A stretch of DNA of 64,000 bases from an uncultured delta proteobacterium (lineage in GTDB: Bacteria; Myxococcota_A; UBA9160; SMWR01): assembly GCA_963832165.1 (NCBI GenBank), contig CAWHTE010000011.1, positions 64,001 through 128,000 on the forward strand. Direction: 5' to 3'. A program made the position numbers and the translations under genes. A model generated the notes under the pieces. That model worked only from the letters and a program-made list of their open reading frames with translations. It had not been told where the DNA came from and made no database searches. Shown here piece by piece: positions 63,991 through 64,000 of the stretch (position 1 is the stretch's first letter; each line of letters starts with the position of its first letter).

Positions 63991-64000
63991 GATTCGCTCC

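Overview
High-GC bacterial chromosomal window, most consistent with Myxococcota/deltaproteobacterial origin (mglBA directly after dnaX-ybaB-recR; alternative complex III). Mostly housekeeping: actABCDEF, purU, kdsB, pfk, greA, priA-def-fmt-rsmB-rpe, tRNA-Asn/Pro/Ser, SRP RNA, dnaX-ybaB-recR-mglBA, groES-groEL. The main accessory region is 31.6-35.6 kb: an integron-like cassette array with no recognisable integrase (attI-like site, one intact attC, eroded attC remnants). An IS621-like IS110 element has inserted into the attC R' core. Its candidate bridge-RNA guides can be read from the sequence and match both the attC target and the element's own donor junction. Other notable features are a structured non-coding region with a 14-codon ORF and terminator upstream of purU, a ~94-bp covarying repeat (one partial copy in frame within actE), GTAG-type REPs that supply stop codons, and several apparently degenerate enzymes. 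At least seven genes carry a single +1 frameshift, most likely sequencing or assembly errors. All calls come from motif recognition by eye; no database searches were run.
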